DNA from: Escherichia phage PCM001
Sequence record: OR529306
Direction: 5' to 3' (one strand)
Length of the DNA: 33,766 bases
Below, one piece after another: positions 1 to 9,768 of the stretch. The translations under genes were made by a program, and so were the position numbers. The notes beneath the pieces were generated by a model that was given only the letters and a program-made list of their open reading frames with translations, had not been told where the DNA came from and made no database searches. Positions within the stretch are counted from its first letter, which is position 1. The number at the start of each line of letters is the position of its first letter.

Positions 1-1
1 T

Positions 2-667
2 ATGGCCGATTTAAAAGCTGGTAGTACAACTGGCGGTGCTGTTATATGGCATCAAGGTAATTTCCCTTTAATGCCAGCAGGTGATGACGTCCTGTATAAA
101 ACGTTTAAACTCTATTCAGAATATAATAAACCACAAGCTGCTGATAACGATTTCGTTTCTAAAGCTAATGGTGGTACGTATGCCGCTCGAGTAACATTTA
201 ATAACGGTGTACAAGTACCTTATGCCGTAAATAACACAAATCAAAGCGGTATTTTCCCAGGCAACGGTGATAATGCTACTTTTGCTGTAGCAAATATCGA
301 TATTGTTTCGTGGAATGGTATTGGTTTTAAATCATCGCAAGGTTCAGCAGCTCGAACTGTTGTAATTAATGCACGTAATGGTGATATTAGTACAAAAGGC
401 GTTGTATCTGCTTCAGGACAAGTAAGAAGCGATATGACTGCTCCGGTTGCAGCAAATGATCTCACAAGAAAAGATTATGTTGATGGACGAATAAATATTG
501 TTACGGATAACGCAAATTCTCGTGTATTGCGTAAAGGCGATACCATGACTGGTACTTTAACAGCACCAAACTTTTTCTCACAGAATCCGGCATCCGAGGC
601 TAATCATGTTCCTCGTTTCGACCAGATTGTAATTAAAGATTCTGTTCAAGATTTCGGCTATTATTAA
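2..667 (+). CDS. 36: Long tail fiber protein gp36 (distal-half connector), complete 221 aa
   Basis: ORF track 2..667; N-term [12 protein letters not shown] and C-term [18 protein letters not shown] match recalled T4 gp36 over the full length; gp37 starts 8 nt downstream. Confidence 0.85.
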   Translation: MADLKAGSTTGGAVIWHQGNFPLMPAGDDVLYKTFKLYSEYNKPQAADNDFVSKANGGTYAARVTFNNGVQVPYAVNNTNQSGIFPGNGDNATFAVANIDIVSWNGIGFKSSQGSAARTVVINARNGDISTKGVVSASGQVRSDMTAPVAANDLTRKDYVDGRINIVTDNANSRVLRKGDTMTGTLTAPNFFSQNPASEANHVPRFDQIVIKDSVQDFGYY

Positions 668-675
668 GAGGACTT

Positions 676-3600
676 ATGGCTACATTAAAACAGATACAAT
701 TTAAAAGAAGCAAAGTGGCAGGAGTTAATCCTACTGCAGCTCAATTAGCCGAAGGCGAATTAGCGATAAACTTAAAAGATCGAACTCTTTTTACTAAAGA
801 TGACCTCGGTAATATTATTAGCCTAGGCTTTGCTAAGGGCGGGGATATTAACGGTAATGTAACTCAAAATGGTGATTATTTACAAAACGGCACATATAAT
901 CTTAATGGAACCCAGTTTGTTTATGCAGGAAAGTATATTGAATTCTTGCCAAAAACTGCTGGAAATGGCGCTTGGGCTAACCAACATCAGAATAAAGCCC
1001 CTATCTTTACAGATTTGAGTTCAACTACTTCAACTTCTGAATACCACCCTTTGATTAAGCAACGTTATAAAGATGGTACTTTTTCAGTAGGTACATTAGT
1101 AAGCGAAGGCTCATTTAGAGTTCATTATATTGATTCTACAGCTCCAGACAATTCTAAACACTGGGTCTTTAACCGTAACGGTAATTTTATTGTAGATTCT
1201 GGTAGTATTGAGGTCCGCACAGGTAATATTTCTGCGTCAGGCAATATTAACTCCGCTAATGGTATAGTTTCTGCTCCACAAGTTAATACGAAAACCATTG
1301 TTTTAGACACAAAAGCATTTGGACAATATGATTCGCAATCATTAGTTCAATATGTTTATCCTGGAACAGGCGAAGAAAATGGTGTAAACTATCTTCGTAA
1401 AGTTCGCGCTAAATCAGGCGGAACTATTTACCATGAAATCGCTTCAGCTCAAACTGGTAAGAATGATGAAATTTCTTGGTGGACTGGAAATACACTTACT
1501 ACTAAATTAATGGGTCTTCGTAATGATGGCGCAATGGTATTACGTCGTTCACTTGCTATTGGCACAATTACCACCGATGAAAATACTAACAACTATGGCT
1601 CTCCTACTCCAATGGGAGAAAGATATATTGCTTTAGGTGATGCTGCCACTGGTTTAAAATATATTAAGCAAGGCGTTTATGATTTAGTAGGTAATTGGAA
1701 TTCTGTTGCTTCTATTACTCCTGATAGTTTCCGTAGTACTCGTAAAGCATTATTTGGACGCTCAGAAGACCAAGGCGGAACCTGGACAATGCCTGGAACC
1801 AACGCTGCATTTTTATCAGCTCAAACTCAGGCTGATGGGAATACAGCTGGTGACGGTCAGACACATATTGGTTATAACTCTGCCGGTAAAATGAGTCATT
1901 ATTTCCGCGGTAAAGGAAAAACTAATATTAATACTCAGGAAGGTGTAGAAGTTAACCCTGGTATATTGAAGTTAATCACCGGTGCTAACAGTATTAGCTT
2001 TAACGCTGCAACAGGTAATATTGATTCTACATTAGCCTTTCGTCTTAATAAAGGCATAATTATTGATGGACCTGATAATCAGGGATTCCAATTTAATGCT
2101 CCGACGGCTGTAGATGGTACTAGAAGTATATACTGGAATAGTGGCACACGCCCAGGACAAAACAAAAGTCCTGTTACGGTTAAGGCATGGGGAAGTGCGT
2201 ACAGCACAGGAGATAAATCTCGTGAAACTGTATTTGAAGTTGGCGACGGCCAAGGTTATTATTTTTATGCGCAGCGTGTAGCTCCCGCTTCAGGATCTAC
2301 TGTCGGACCAATTCAATTTAGAATTGCTGGTGGTTTATTAACTTCAGGTAGTATTGTTGCTTCTGGTTCTATTACAACTGAATCTTCTTTAAATGTTAAT
2401 AATGGATTATCTGTAAACGGACAAGCTAAATTCGGTGGAACTGCTGATGCGTTAAGAATTTGGGATGCCGAATACGGTGCTATTTTCCGTCGTTCAGAAG
2501 CATCATTACATATTATCCCAACTCCTAAAGATGCTGGTGAAAGTGGTGGAATAAGTAATCTCCGTCCACTAAGTATTAGTCTTAATAATGGTATGGTTCA
2601 AATGCGCCATTCTGTTACGTTAGGTGATGATGGTGCTGGCGGTAATATGGTGACCGTTGATAATGATAATAAACTTGTTGTTATAACTAGCCATAGTCGC
2701 ATTTCTCCTAATTACCGTATGCAGTTAGGTCAGTCGGCATACATTGATGCAGAATGTACTGATGCTGCACGACCTGCTGGAGCCGGTTCTTTTGCTTCAC
2801 AAAATAATGAAAACGTTCGTGCTCCGTTCTATATGAATATTGATAGAACAGATACAAGCACTTATGTTCCTATTGTGAAACAAAGATACGTTCAAAATAA
2901 TAGTTGCTATTCTATTGGTACTTTAATTAATGGTGGTAACTTTAGAGTTCATTATCACGAAGGTGGTGACGGCGTTTCTACTGGTGCTGTTATAAAGGAT
3001 CTTGGATGGGAATTTAATAAAAACGGTGATTTTTATTCTCCTGGTAAATTAGGCGCTGGTAATGTTCGTATTGGTACTGATGGTAATATCACTGGCGGTT
3101 CTGGTAATTTTGCTAACTTGAATACCACAATAAATAACCTTAAGACGGATATTGTCTCAAGTTATCCAATTGGTGCTCCGATTCCTTGGCCTACTGATAC
3201 ACCTCCTGAAGGTTACGCCATAATGGAAGGTCAAACATTTGATGCTGAGTTGTATCCTAAGTTAGCTGCTGTGTATCCTTCCGGCTCTCTGCCTGATATG
3301 CGTGGTCAAACTATCAAGGGTAAACCATCTGGGCGTGCTGTATTAAGTACAGAAGCAGACGGTGTTAAGTCACATAGCCATAGTGCAAGTGCATCAAGCA
3401 CAGATTTGGGTACTAAAAATACGTCAAGTTTTGATTATGGTAGCAAAACGACTTCAAGCTTTGATTATGGTACTAAGACCAGTAATACCACTGGCAACCA
3501 TAGCCATACAGTGAGTGGTAATACTAGTTCCGCTGGTGCTCACCAACACGCGCGTTCAGGCCCTCAGATACAAGCCGGCATACCCAATAGCATATTCTAT

Positions 3601-3918
3601 GACGGATATAATAGTGTAGGTGCAAACGCCAACGCTAAATTCACTGGAACCGTGAATGGTGCTACTGCAGGGTCGAATATAGCCAAAACTTCTTCAGATG
3701 GTGCCCACACTCATAGTTGGTCAGGAACTACTAGCGCTACGGGTAACCATGCTCATACTGTGGGTATTGGTGCTCATACGCATACTGTGGGTATTGGTGC
3801 TCATTCTCATACTGTTGCAATTGGTTCCCATGGACATACAATAACTGTAAATGCCACAGGAAATACAGAAAACACGGTTAAAAACGTTGCTTTTAACTAT
3901 ATCGTTCGTTTAGCATAA
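676..3918 (+). CDS. 37: Long tail fiber distal subunit gp37 (receptor-recognising tip), 1080 aa
   Basis: N-term [20 protein letters not shown] as in T4 gp37; SD AAGAGGA upstream; C-terminal region carries repeated G-x-H-x-H motifs (GNHSHT, GAHQHA, GAHTHS, GNHAHT, GAHTHT, GAHSHT, GSHGHT) typical of the T4 gp37 metal-binding tip. Confidence 0.9.
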   Translation: MATLKQIQFKRSKVAGVNPTAAQLAEGELAINLKDRTLFTKDDLGNIISLGFAKGGDINGNVTQNGDYLQNGTYNLNGTQFVYAGKYIEFLPKTAGNGAWANQHQNKAPIFTDLSSTTSTSEYHPLIKQRYKDGTFSVGTLVSEGSFRVHYIDSTAPDNSKHWVFNRNGNFIVDSGSIEVRTGNISASGNINSANGIVSAPQVNTKTIVLDTKAFGQYDSQSLVQYVYPGTGEENGVNYLRKVRAKSGGTIYHEIASAQTGKNDEISWWTGNTLTTKLMGLRNDGAMVLRRSLAIGTITTDENTNNYGSPTPMGERYIALGDAATGLKYIKQGVYDLVGNWNSVASITPDSFRSTRKALFGRSEDQGGTWTMPGTNAAFLSAQTQADGNTAGDGQTHIGYNSAGKMSHYFRGKGKTNINTQEGVEVNPGILKLITGANSISFNAATGNIDSTLAFRLNKGIIIDGPDNQGFQFNAPTAVDGTRSIYWNSGTRPGQNKSPVTVKAWGSAYSTGDKSRETVFEVGDGQGYYFYAQRVAPASGSTVGPIQFRIAGGLLTSGSIVASGSITTESSLNVNNGLSVNGQAKFGGTADALRIWDAEYGAIFRRSEASLHIIPTPKDAGESGGISNLRPLSISLNNGMVQMRHSVTLGDDGAGGNMVTVDNDNKLVVITSHSRISPNYRMQLGQSAYIDAECTDAARPAGAGSFASQNNENVRAPFYMNIDRTDTSTYVPIVKQRYVQNNSCYSIGTLINGGNFRVHYHEGGDGVSTGAVIKDLGWEFNKNGDFYSPGKLGAGNVRIGTDGNITGGSGNFANLNTTINNLKTDIVSSYPIGAPIPWPTDTPPEGYAIMEGQTFDAELYPKLAAVYPSGSLPDMRGQTIKGKPSGRAVLSTEADGVKSHSHSASASSTDLGTKNTSSFDYGSKTTSSFDYGTKTSNTTGNHSHTVSGNTSSAGAHQHARSGPQIQAGIPNSIFYDGYNSVGANANAKFTGTVNGATAGSNIAKTSSDGAHTHSWSGTTSATGNHAHTVGIGAHTHTVGIGAHSHTVAIGSHGHTITVNATGNTENTVKNVAFNYIVRLA
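3409..3480 (+). repeat. 30-bp tandem repeat (about 2.4 copies) inside gp37 coding sequence
   Basis: units ggtactaaaaatacgtcaagttttgattat and ggtagcaaaacgacttcaagctttgattat, encoding [10 protein letters not shown] / [10 protein letters not shown]. Confidence 0.8.
3754..3834 (+). repeat. 27-bp tandem repeat (about 3 copies) encoding His-x-His modules of gp37 tip
   Basis: catactgtgggtattggtgctcatacg at 3754-3780 repeated at 3781-3807 with 3' divergence, third degenerate copy follows; encodes HTVGIGAHT. Confidence 0.8.
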
Positions 3919-3922
3919 GGAG

Positions 3923-3946
3923 AAGGGACTTCTGTCCCTTTTTATA
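3923..3946 (+). terminator. Putative intrinsic terminator/attenuator after gene 37
   Basis: hairpin aagggac-ttct-gtccctt followed by TTTTTAT, beginning 5 nt after gp37 stop; runs directly into the gene 38 ATG so likely only partial termination. Confidence 0.45.
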
Positions 3947-3948
3947 AT

Positions 3949-4500
3949 ATGAAACTCTATCACTATTATTTTGACACTAAAGAATTTTACAAAGAAGAAA
4001 ATTATAAACCATTAAAAGGCGTAGGATTTCCGGCTCACTCGACATCTAAAAAACCTTTAGACCCTAAAGAAGGCTATGCTGTTATATTTGACGAACGCGA
4101 GCAAGAATGGGTATATGTTGAAGACCATCGTGGAAAAACAGTATGGACTTATGATAAGCAAAAAATTGTTATTGACACTCCAGGTGCTCTTCAAAATGTT
4201 ACTACAGAAGAACCCGGTGAATTTGACATTTGGACCGGCGACGGGTGGAAGGAAGATGAAGCATATAAACGCGTAGTTCAACGTGATAAGAAAATTCATG
4301 AACTCTATAAATTATTCAGTGTTTTAAGTTCTCTTATTGACGCAGAGGTTGCTAATAGAGAAGAAAAACGAAAATTTAAAGAGCTCAAAAAATTCTTTGC
4401 CCTTTTAGAAAAACATGAACATCTTGGTGGTGAATTCCCTAAATTCCCTGACCTTGAAAACAAATCTATTATCAAAGCGATTATAAATATCTTTAAGTAA
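3949..4500 (+). CDS. 38: Tail fiber assembly protein gp38 (T4-type chaperone), 183 aa
   Basis: MKLYHYYFDTKEFYKEENYKP and HLGGEFP match recalled T4 gp38; same length as T4 gp38 (183 aa). Confidence 0.85.
   Translation: MKLYHYYFDTKEFYKEENYKPLKGVGFPAHSTSKKPLDPKEGYAVIFDEREQEWVYVEDHRGKTVWTYDKQKIVIDTPGALQNVTTEEPGEFDIWTGDGWKEDEAYKRVVQRDKKIHELYKLFSVLSSLIDAEVANREEKRKFKELKKFFALLEKHEHLGGEFPKFPDLENKSIIKAIINIFK
4482..4489 (+). promoter_or_regulatory. T4-type late promoter motif TATAAATA upstream of holin gene t
   Basis: exact TATAAATA 21 nt upstream of the t start codon, inside the 3' end of gene 38; followed by SD AAGGAGG. Confidence 0.55.
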
Positions 4501-4509
4501 GGAGGTATT

Positions 4510-5169
4510 ATGGCAACACCAAAAGTATCATTTTCACTTAGTGATATTCTATTTGGGTTGCTAGATCGTATTTTCAAAGATAACGCTACTGGAAAGGTTT
4601 TAATGTCCCGAGTAGCGGTAATTATTCTTTTGTTCCTAATGGCACTAATATGGTACAAAGGAAGTATTTTGCTGGATTATTATGTAAGAGCTAAGTATGA
4701 TACTTATACTGAAATAATCCAAAAAGAACGAGCTTTACGTTTTGAATCTGCGGCTCTAGAACAACTGCAAATAGTTCATATCTCATCTGGTGCAGATTTT
4801 AGTGCTGTGTATTCTTTCAGACCTAAAAACTTAAATTATTTTGTCGACCTTATAGCTTATGAAGGCAAACTACCTAGCACAATTTCTGAAAAGTCCCTTG
4901 GCGGATTCCCGGTGGATAAAACGGCCAATGAATATATAATTCATTTAAGTGGCCGTCATTTCTCATCTAAATCAGAATTTGCATTTTTGCCTACAAAATC
5001 TAAGACTGCCGAACTTTCTTATATGTATAGTTGTCCATACTTTAATTTGGATAACATCTATGCTGGAACTGTGACGATGTATTGGTATAAGGGGAGTAAT
5101 ATACTTGAGGAGGATCGCTTAGCGGCTATATGCAACCAAGCGATCCGAATACTAGGAAGGGCTAAATAA
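4510..5169 (+). CDS. t: Holin T, 219 aa
   Basis: near full-length match to recalled T4 holin (ATGKVLMSRVAVIILLF, ends ILGRAK); strong SD. Confidence 0.9.
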   Translation: MATPKVSFSLSDILFGLLDRIFKDNATGKVLMSRVAVIILLFLMALIWYKGSILLDYYVRAKYDTYTEIIQKERALRFESAALEQLQIVHISSGADFSAVYSFRPKNLNYFVDLIAYEGKLPSTISEKSLGGFPVDKTANEYIIHLSGRHFSSKSEFAFLPTKSKTAELSYMYSCPYFNLDNIYAGTVTMYWYKGSNILEEDRLAAICNQAIRILGRAK

Positions 5170-5442
5170 TTAGTTGTTAGAATACATCGCTAAATGACGA
5201 TAAATATTTTCAAAACCTTCATTGAATTCACTAATCAGTGTTTTCTTTTCTTCGGCAGTTAAATTTGTAATTAGTTTTCTGAACGAATTCTGATTTAGCT
5301 GCCGACCATCTTTTTTAATTCCAATCTCATTCAAGAATCCGATGAAACTTGCTCGGTCTTCAACAATATCTTCCCTAGAGAATTTAATCAAAATAGAAGC
5401 AATAGTAATAATTTCACGTACGATTTCAATGTCTTTATTCAT
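5170..5442 (-). CDS. asiA: Anti-sigma70 factor AsiA, 90 aa
   Basis: MNKDIEIVREIITIASILIKFSREDIVE closely matches recalled T4 AsiA; same length. Confidence 0.9.
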   Translation of the reverse strand: MNKDIEIVREIITIASILIKFSREDIVEDRASFIGFLNEIGIKKDGRQLNQNSFRKLITNLTAEEKKTLISEFNEGFENIYRHLAMYSNN

Positions 5443-5476
5443 ATCGTTTTATTCATTCCACTTAGTTGATATGGAT

Positions 5477-5506
5477 ATAGTACCAATATCAGTGTTGATT
5501 GTAAAC
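5477..5506 (-). promoter_or_regulatory. Early (sigma70-type) promoter upstream of asiA
   Basis: on - strand GTTTACA, 17-bp spacer, TACTAT; about 30 nt upstream of asiA ATG. Confidence 0.5.
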
Positions 5507-5650
5507 AGCTTTTTCTACGCTTTTAACGTAATTGGTATAGTCTTCCTGTTCGTACGAGTGTAAGGCCAAGAACTGAACTAATAGTTCATTATAGACTAAA
5601 GCCTCACGCTCACGTTCGGCCTCTACTACGTTCTGAAGATTATGACTCAT
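5489..5650 (-). CDS. Hypothetical small protein (53 aa)
   Basis: track ORF 5489..5704 trimmed to internal ATG at 5650 with AGGAA SD; start overlaps stop of upstream ORF. Confidence 0.35.
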   Translation of the reverse strand: MSHNLQNVVEAEREREALVYNELLVQFLALHSYEQEDYTNYVKSVEKAVYNQH

Positions 5651-5939
5651 ATCGTTCCTTATAACTATCAATGTAGTCCTGTATGTCGAAGAACGACATT
5701 TCATATTCTAGGGCATTAAGAGCCCGTTCTTCAGTATAGTCAGAACCAAATACAATAGTGATTTCACCAGGCTTCATGTGATTGAAATCAACACTAAAAG
5801 GAATACGAGAACATACTTCGTCCGCCATATCTGCAACAACACTACGATATACTTCTCGGTTAACCTGATAAAGCTCTGCAAGTTCTTCACAACGAATAAC
5901 AAGTTCAGTGGCAGGATTTTCTTTTATTTTAGTAAGCAT
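5640..5939 (-). CDS. Hypothetical acidic protein (99 aa); position corresponds to T4 arn region
   Basis: track ORF 5640..6026 trimmed to ATG at 5939 preceded by AAGGGT; acidic composition; Arn identity cannot be verified from memory. Confidence 0.4.
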   Translation of the reverse strand: MLTKIKENPATELVIRCEELAELYQVNREVYRSVVADMADEVCSRIPFSVDFNHMKPGEITIVFGSDYTEERALNALEYEMSFFDIQDYIDSYKERYES

Positions 5940-6022
5940 AGTCTTTACCCTTATGTTTTTGTTTGCGTTTAGATTGAAGTTCTGATTTCTTCTTGTCCTT
6001 ATGAACAGAAGCCTTATTGAAA

Positions 6023-6241
6023 TCATGTTTTGCTACAAGATTGTTCATAATGATTTATAACCTCATTTAAACATTTATCGGTAAAAGAAAACTTTTTAGC
6101 CACAGAACATTCGATAATGTGCTCTTTCAAATCTTTAGAGTCGGTATATCCCATCTCAGTAATAAAGTGGCGAATTAAAGCTTTATTCTTGTCATTAACA
6201 GAATTAAAATAATCTGCTTTAGAATCAATTATTCTCATCAT
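6023..6241 (-). CDS. Hypothetical protein (72 aa)
   Basis: ORF track; ATG with SD AAGGAA; 17-nt overlap with upstream ORF end. Confidence 0.4.
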   Translation of the reverse strand: MMRIIDSKADYFNSVNDKNKALIRHFITEMGYTDSKDLKEHIIECSVAKKFSFTDKCLNEVINHYEQSCSKT

Positions 6242-6506
6242 CTAATTTCCTTAATTGATATTGCAACGAGCTAATAATTTCTTCGTTCATTTTAATATAC
6301 ATGTCACGCAAGAAAGATTTTAACCCGTCACGAATAATTGCTAACGTATCACCTTTACATAAATTAACCAAATAAGGATGGTCTAAAGCGTCCCAACCAG
6401 GCTGATTAGCATACATACCATAGTTTTCTTCCATCATATGATTAAGACGTTTGATATCTTGGATACGTGATTCAATAGCATCTTTCTGGAGTTGTTTAAT
6501 ATTCAT
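6225..6506 (-). CDS. Hypothetical protein (93 aa)
   Basis: ORF track; TAATG stop-start overlap with upstream ORF. Confidence 0.45.
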   Translation of the reverse strand: MNIKQLQKDAIESRIQDIKRLNHMMEENYGMYANQPGWDALDHPYLVNLCKGDTLAIIRDGLKSFLRDMYIKMNEEIISSLQYQLRKLDDENN

Positions 6507-6967
6507 TAATAAAGGTCCTCTGAATAAAGTTCTTTCTCACTTCCACCGCGTTCAATACGTACCTGTCCAGCATACGTTGCAATAATCATTGCTTCTTCAC
6601 GAGTCCAGTAATTAGAGTATTGGTCGATAAAGCCTTGGTCGTCACCACAAACTTGTTGCGAGACTAATTGAGGACTAACTATATCAAGTACTTCAGCCAT
6701 ATCTTTAGAGTAATGACGAACTCCAGGAATAACTAGAGTTCCACCACTCTTCAATTTAAACCTATTAGCTGCACATACTATAACACGTTGAACTTTTTGG
6801 TCATTATTCCAATAGCACGTTTGCCAACAGATTTCAGGAACTTCATTCATTATATTATCAGCAGAATAATTATAACCATAGGACTGAAATTTTTCTGCTA
6901 GACTTTCAGGAGTCTCACGAGACAAGGCCAAATCTAATAGCTCTAAACGTTCTTTAAATGATTTCAT
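6506..6967 (-). CDS. Hypothetical protein (153 aa)
   Basis: ORF track; ATGA stop-start overlap with upstream ORF. Confidence 0.5.
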   Translation of the reverse strand: MKSFKERLELLDLALSRETPESLAEKFQSYGYNYSADNIMNEVPEICWQTCYWNNDQKVQRVIVCAANRFKLKSGGTLVIPGVRHYSKDMAEVLDIVSPQLVSQQVCGDDQGFIDQYSNYWTREEAMIIATYAGQVRIERGGSEKELYSEDLY

Positions 6968-7293
6968 TTAAACCATTCCTTAATACGTTGCCAAATAGAT
7001 TTTTGTGCTTGTTTATTTACACCAATCGAACGAATAACCGGTTGTGACTGCTGATATTCTTTATAATCTTCTTTATAGATTTCGTAAGCCGCATCAACAA
7101 ATGAACTGATCGCTGCCATAAAGTTTTTACGAAGGCCAAATGGTGCGTCATTATTTTCACGAATAACCATATATTGGCCTGCTTTAATCTTCACAATTGT
7201 CCCTAAATAAGCCCCGTGGTACCAAATATCCCATCCTTCCTGAGTAGGTTCTGCACATTTACGAAGTTCGTTAATAATATTCAGCTTATTCAT
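6964..7293 (-). CDS. Hypothetical protein (109 aa)
   Basis: ORF track; SD GAGGA 7 nt upstream; 10 nt downstream of motA stop. Confidence 0.5.
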   Translation of the reverse strand: MNKLNIINELRKCAEPTQEGWDIWYHGAYLGTIVKIKAGQYMVIRENNDAPFGLRKNFMAAISSFVDAAYEIYKEDYKEYQQSQPVIRSIGVNKQAQKSIWQRIKEWFK

Positions 7294-7303
7294 TATGTAT
7301 TCC

Positions 7304-7936
7304 TCACAGTACGTTAGTTACAAGGGTAATGATTTCTTTGGAAACATTAGGGAAGTCGATGTAGGTATATTTACCACCGATCTTAATCTTAACATCATTT
7401 TCAAGAGAAGTAAACAGCTTTGATTCAGTTTCTGTCATGTTGTATGCAAAGATTCTAAGAGCGCCATCTCGACGAATTTCGATCTGACGAATACCTAGAA
7501 CTCGTTTTGCAAATCGAACTTCCAAGTTACTACGGTTTTCACCAATTTCTTTAACTTCAACTTTATCTTTAATATTTTCAAAAACAAAGTTTGCTAATTC
7601 ATGCATTTCAGGAGTAACTCCACGTGCTTTTCTGGTGTTACGTTTCTGAAGAAGTTCTGGAGCATTTTCTTGAGCAAATAGGTCTGCAGCTTTTTGGATA
7701 ATATCCATTGCTTCACCTGTTGCTATAAGTCCATCACCAGATTTTTCGACTAAACCTTTCTTAATCAATACACCAATGTTAGAGTTAACAACCGATGCAT
7801 TGTATTCCGCTTCCAGAGCTTCACGGACATTGACAGCAGTGGTGAAGTTGTTCTTAATGATATAAACCATTATTGCAGCAGTTTTTTCATTCAGAGCGTT
7901 TTCAGAAGCTTTGATGATGTAAGTAACTTTAGACAT
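7304..7936 (-). CDS. motA: Middle-promoter transcription activator MotA, 210 aa
   Basis: MSKVTYIIKAS ... NSNIGVLIKKGLVEKSGDGLI matches recalled T4 MotA; length 210 vs 211 in T4. Confidence 0.9.
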   Translation of the reverse strand: MSKVTYIIKASENALNEKTAAIMVYIIKNNFTTAVNVREALEAEYNASVVNSNIGVLIKKGLVEKSGDGLIATGEAMDIIQKAADLFAQENAPELLQKRNTRKARGVTPEMHELANFVFENIKDKVEVKEIGENRSNLEVRFAKRVLGIRQIEIRRDGALRIFAYNMTETESKLFTSLENDVKIKIGGKYTYIDFPNVSKEIITLVTNVL

Positions 7937-8003
7937 TTTATTTCTCCAAATTAGTATTTGTTTTGATAGGTCTATAATATCATGTTTGAAGCAAAAGTAA
8001 ACT
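7928..8003 (-). repeat. Copy 1 of 76-bp direct repeat: early promoter, leader, RBS and start codon of motA
   Basis: identical to 8247..8322 except one base in the -10 element; contains GTTTAC, 17 bp, TATTAT and GGAGAAATAAAATG. Confidence 0.85.
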
Positions 8004-8039
8004 TTATTTTGGGCTCTTTTTCAAAAGCCCTGGTAAAAT

Positions 8040-8255
8040 TTACAAACTCATTTCTTTAATAAGGCTAATAAGTTTTGCCTTTTTAGAACGAAGCTTTTCT
8101 AAATGATGTCCATTTGAACCGCGAACCACTAAAGAATTGATTTCAACTTCTAAGAAATTTAATTCTTCAACAAGTGCTTTACGTGGAGCATTCATACCGG
8201 GTTTAACTTTACCGAAACGAGTAGTTGTGTTTTGGGTTAATTTCATTTTAGACAT
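8040..8255 (-). CDS. Hypothetical small basic protein (71 aa), MSKMKLTQNTTTRFGKVKPG
   Basis: track ORF 8040..8369 trimmed to the ATG inside repeat copy 2, which gives it the same RBS/start context as motA; the longer track ORF would run through a terminator hairpin and promoter. Confidence 0.5.
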   Translation of the reverse strand: MSKMKLTQNTTTRFGKVKPGMNAPRKALVEELNFLEVEINSLVVRGSNGHHLEKLRSKKAKLISLIKEMSL

Positions 8256-8322
8256 TTTATTTCTCCAAATTAGTATTTGTTTTGATAGGTCTATACTATC
8301 ATGTTTGAAGCAAAAGTAAACT
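8247..8322 (-). repeat. Copy 2 of 76-bp direct repeat: early promoter, leader, RBS and start codon of the small gene upstream of motA
   Basis: same sequence as 7928..8003 with -10 TAGTAT instead of TATTAT; spacing between copies 319 bp. Confidence 0.85.
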
Positions 8323-8337
8323 GTTTTGTGAGAAAAA

Positions 8338-8362
8338 TGCACAAAAGGGAGCCGAAGCTCCC
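8338..8362 (-). terminator. Intrinsic terminator downstream of gene 52
   Basis: - strand RNA hairpin GGGAGC-UUCG-GCUCCC followed by UUUUGUGCAUUUUU. Confidence 0.5.
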
Positions 8363-8438
8363 TAATCATGTTTGTCCAACCAATACAGCCAAATCACTAG
8401 TGCAGCTATTGCACCGAGAAATCCTAAGGCCAGGGCAC

Positions 8439-9764
8439 TCAAAGTGCCTCCAAGTCTTTAGTGTACTCTATAACAACATCAGTAGACTTCCAATACTCAT
8501 TTTCTTCTTTCTTAGCTTTAGCTTCTTCTGCCAGTTTACGTGCTTCGTCGGAAGTGATATGGAAGATGTTAAGACCTACCAGTTTATCGACATGTTCTTT
8601 ATACATTTCGATTTGTGCTAGCTCTTCAGTCAAAGCTTTACGAGTCTTGCCCTGAATCACAATTTCACCGTTGATAACTTTTTTGATGAAGTGTGCCTTA
8701 GCAAAAGCCAGTTTAAATGCTTTTTCAGATTCAAGGATTTTATTGTCAATACGTTTCTGAACGTAAGTCTTACGGACTTCAACAAAATCTTTGATTAAGT
8801 CAACTACGTTATCATAGACCGCTAATTTACCCTTTTCATTAATCACCGTGATGTTTTGTGAACGACGTTCGATGAGACTAAAATCTTTCATGATTTTTTC
8901 ATGACGTAGCTCTTCATCATCAGGAAGCGAGTACTCTTTACGGAACTTCACCTTAAACCCAAAGCCGTGTTCACCACAATCATCTTCCCATGAGATTAGA
9001 CCTTTGTCTTCCAACGGGTCAAGAACCTTACTCACATACGTTTCACGGTCGAATTTATATGGGATTTCAGTTATCTGCATTTGAGTGCGAGATGTGAACT
9101 TATATGTTCCGTGAATCTCATAACGCCCATCAACTTCATGTACTTCACCACGGAATTCCGGGAATTCAACTTTTGGCTTAGTGACATTTTTACCTTGAAG
9201 AGTTTGTAATACAGCCTTTTTGACTGATTTAAAACTATGAGGCAGAATATTTGTTGCGTAACCGGTTGCAATACCAGAGACGCCATTCAAAAGAACTGTC
9301 GGAATAATAGGAAGATAGAATTTTGGAGGAATGTGTTCTTTATCTTCATGGGCTGGAGCATATTCAGTATCTTTATATACGTTATAGAAATTTTTACTTA
9401 CACGAGCAAAAATATAACGAGATGCTGCAGCTTTTTGGACTGTTCGAGAACCAAAGTTGCCTTGGCCATCTAACAGTGGATAGTTGTTGTTCCATGTGTT
9501 AGCCATTAATGCACCTGCATCTTGTGCAGAAGATTCACCATGGTGATAACCTAAATCTGCAACACCGCCTGCAATTGACGCAAGTTTATGAAATTTTTCT
9601 TTATTACCACGAGCCAAATCTAATGCACGATGAACCACAAAACGTTGAACCGGCTTAAATCCATCAATCATGTTTGGGATTGCACGGTTTTCAACGGTGT
9701 ACATCGCATATGCCAAGGCTTCGTTATCAATAATACTTTTTAGATTACGAGAATTCAATTGCAT
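8439..9764 (-). CDS. 52: DNA topoisomerase II medium subunit gp52, 441 aa
   Basis: MQLNSRNLKSIIDNEALAYAMYTVENRAIPNMIDGFKPVQR matches recalled T4 gp52 (GyrA-like N-terminal region). Confidence 0.9.
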   Translation of the reverse strand: MQLNSRNLKSIIDNEALAYAMYTVENRAIPNMIDGFKPVQRFVVHRALDLARGNKEKFHKLASIAGGVADLGYHHGESSAQDAGALMANTWNNNYPLLDGQGNFGSRTVQKAAASRYIFARVSKNFYNVYKDTEYAPAHEDKEHIPPKFYLPIIPTVLLNGVSGIATGYATNILPHSFKSVKKAVLQTLQGKNVTKPKVEFPEFRGEVHEVDGRYEIHGTYKFTSRTQMQITEIPYKFDRETYVSKVLDPLEDKGLISWEDDCGEHGFGFKVKFRKEYSLPDDEELRHEKIMKDFSLIERRSQNITVINEKGKLAVYDNVVDLIKDFVEVRKTYVQKRIDNKILESEKAFKLAFAKAHFIKKVINGEIVIQGKTRKALTEELAQIEMYKEHVDKLVGLNIFHITSDEARKLAEEAKAKKEENEYWKSTDVVIEYTKDLEAL

Positions 9765-9768
9765 ATTT

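Noticed and set aside
241-2253. Antisense or alternate-frame ORFs inside genes 36/37 (241..465, 1125..1310, 1706..1894, 2032..2253)
   Set aside because: They lie fully within the confidently identified tail fiber genes, lack RBS, and have no recognisable similarity; most likely chance ORFs.
3409-3834. Possible CRISPR-like array suggested by short tandem repeats
   Set aside because: Repeats are in-frame coding repeats inside gp37 with no spacer/repeat alternation; no CRISPR array is present in the window.
4057-4658. ORFs 4057..4299, 4076..4276 and 4305..4658 overlapping gene 38 and holin t
   Set aside because: Embedded in or antisense to confidently identified genes 38 and t; no RBS support.
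5940-6048. 40-aa very basic micro-ORF (MNNLVAKHDFNKASVHKDKKK...) overlapping the start region of ORF 5640..6026
   Set aside because: Competes with neighbouring frames and has no clear SD; cannot decide from sequence alone whether it is translated.
8040-8369. Long forms of track ORFs that use upstream or non-ATG starts (8040..8369, 21048..21566, 21566..22102, 27835..28131, 28403..28741, 30656..31150, 31342..32001)
   Set aside because: The extensions run through promoters or terminator hairpins or begin at TTG/GTG without SD; internal ATGs with good SD and stop-start coupling are more plausible.
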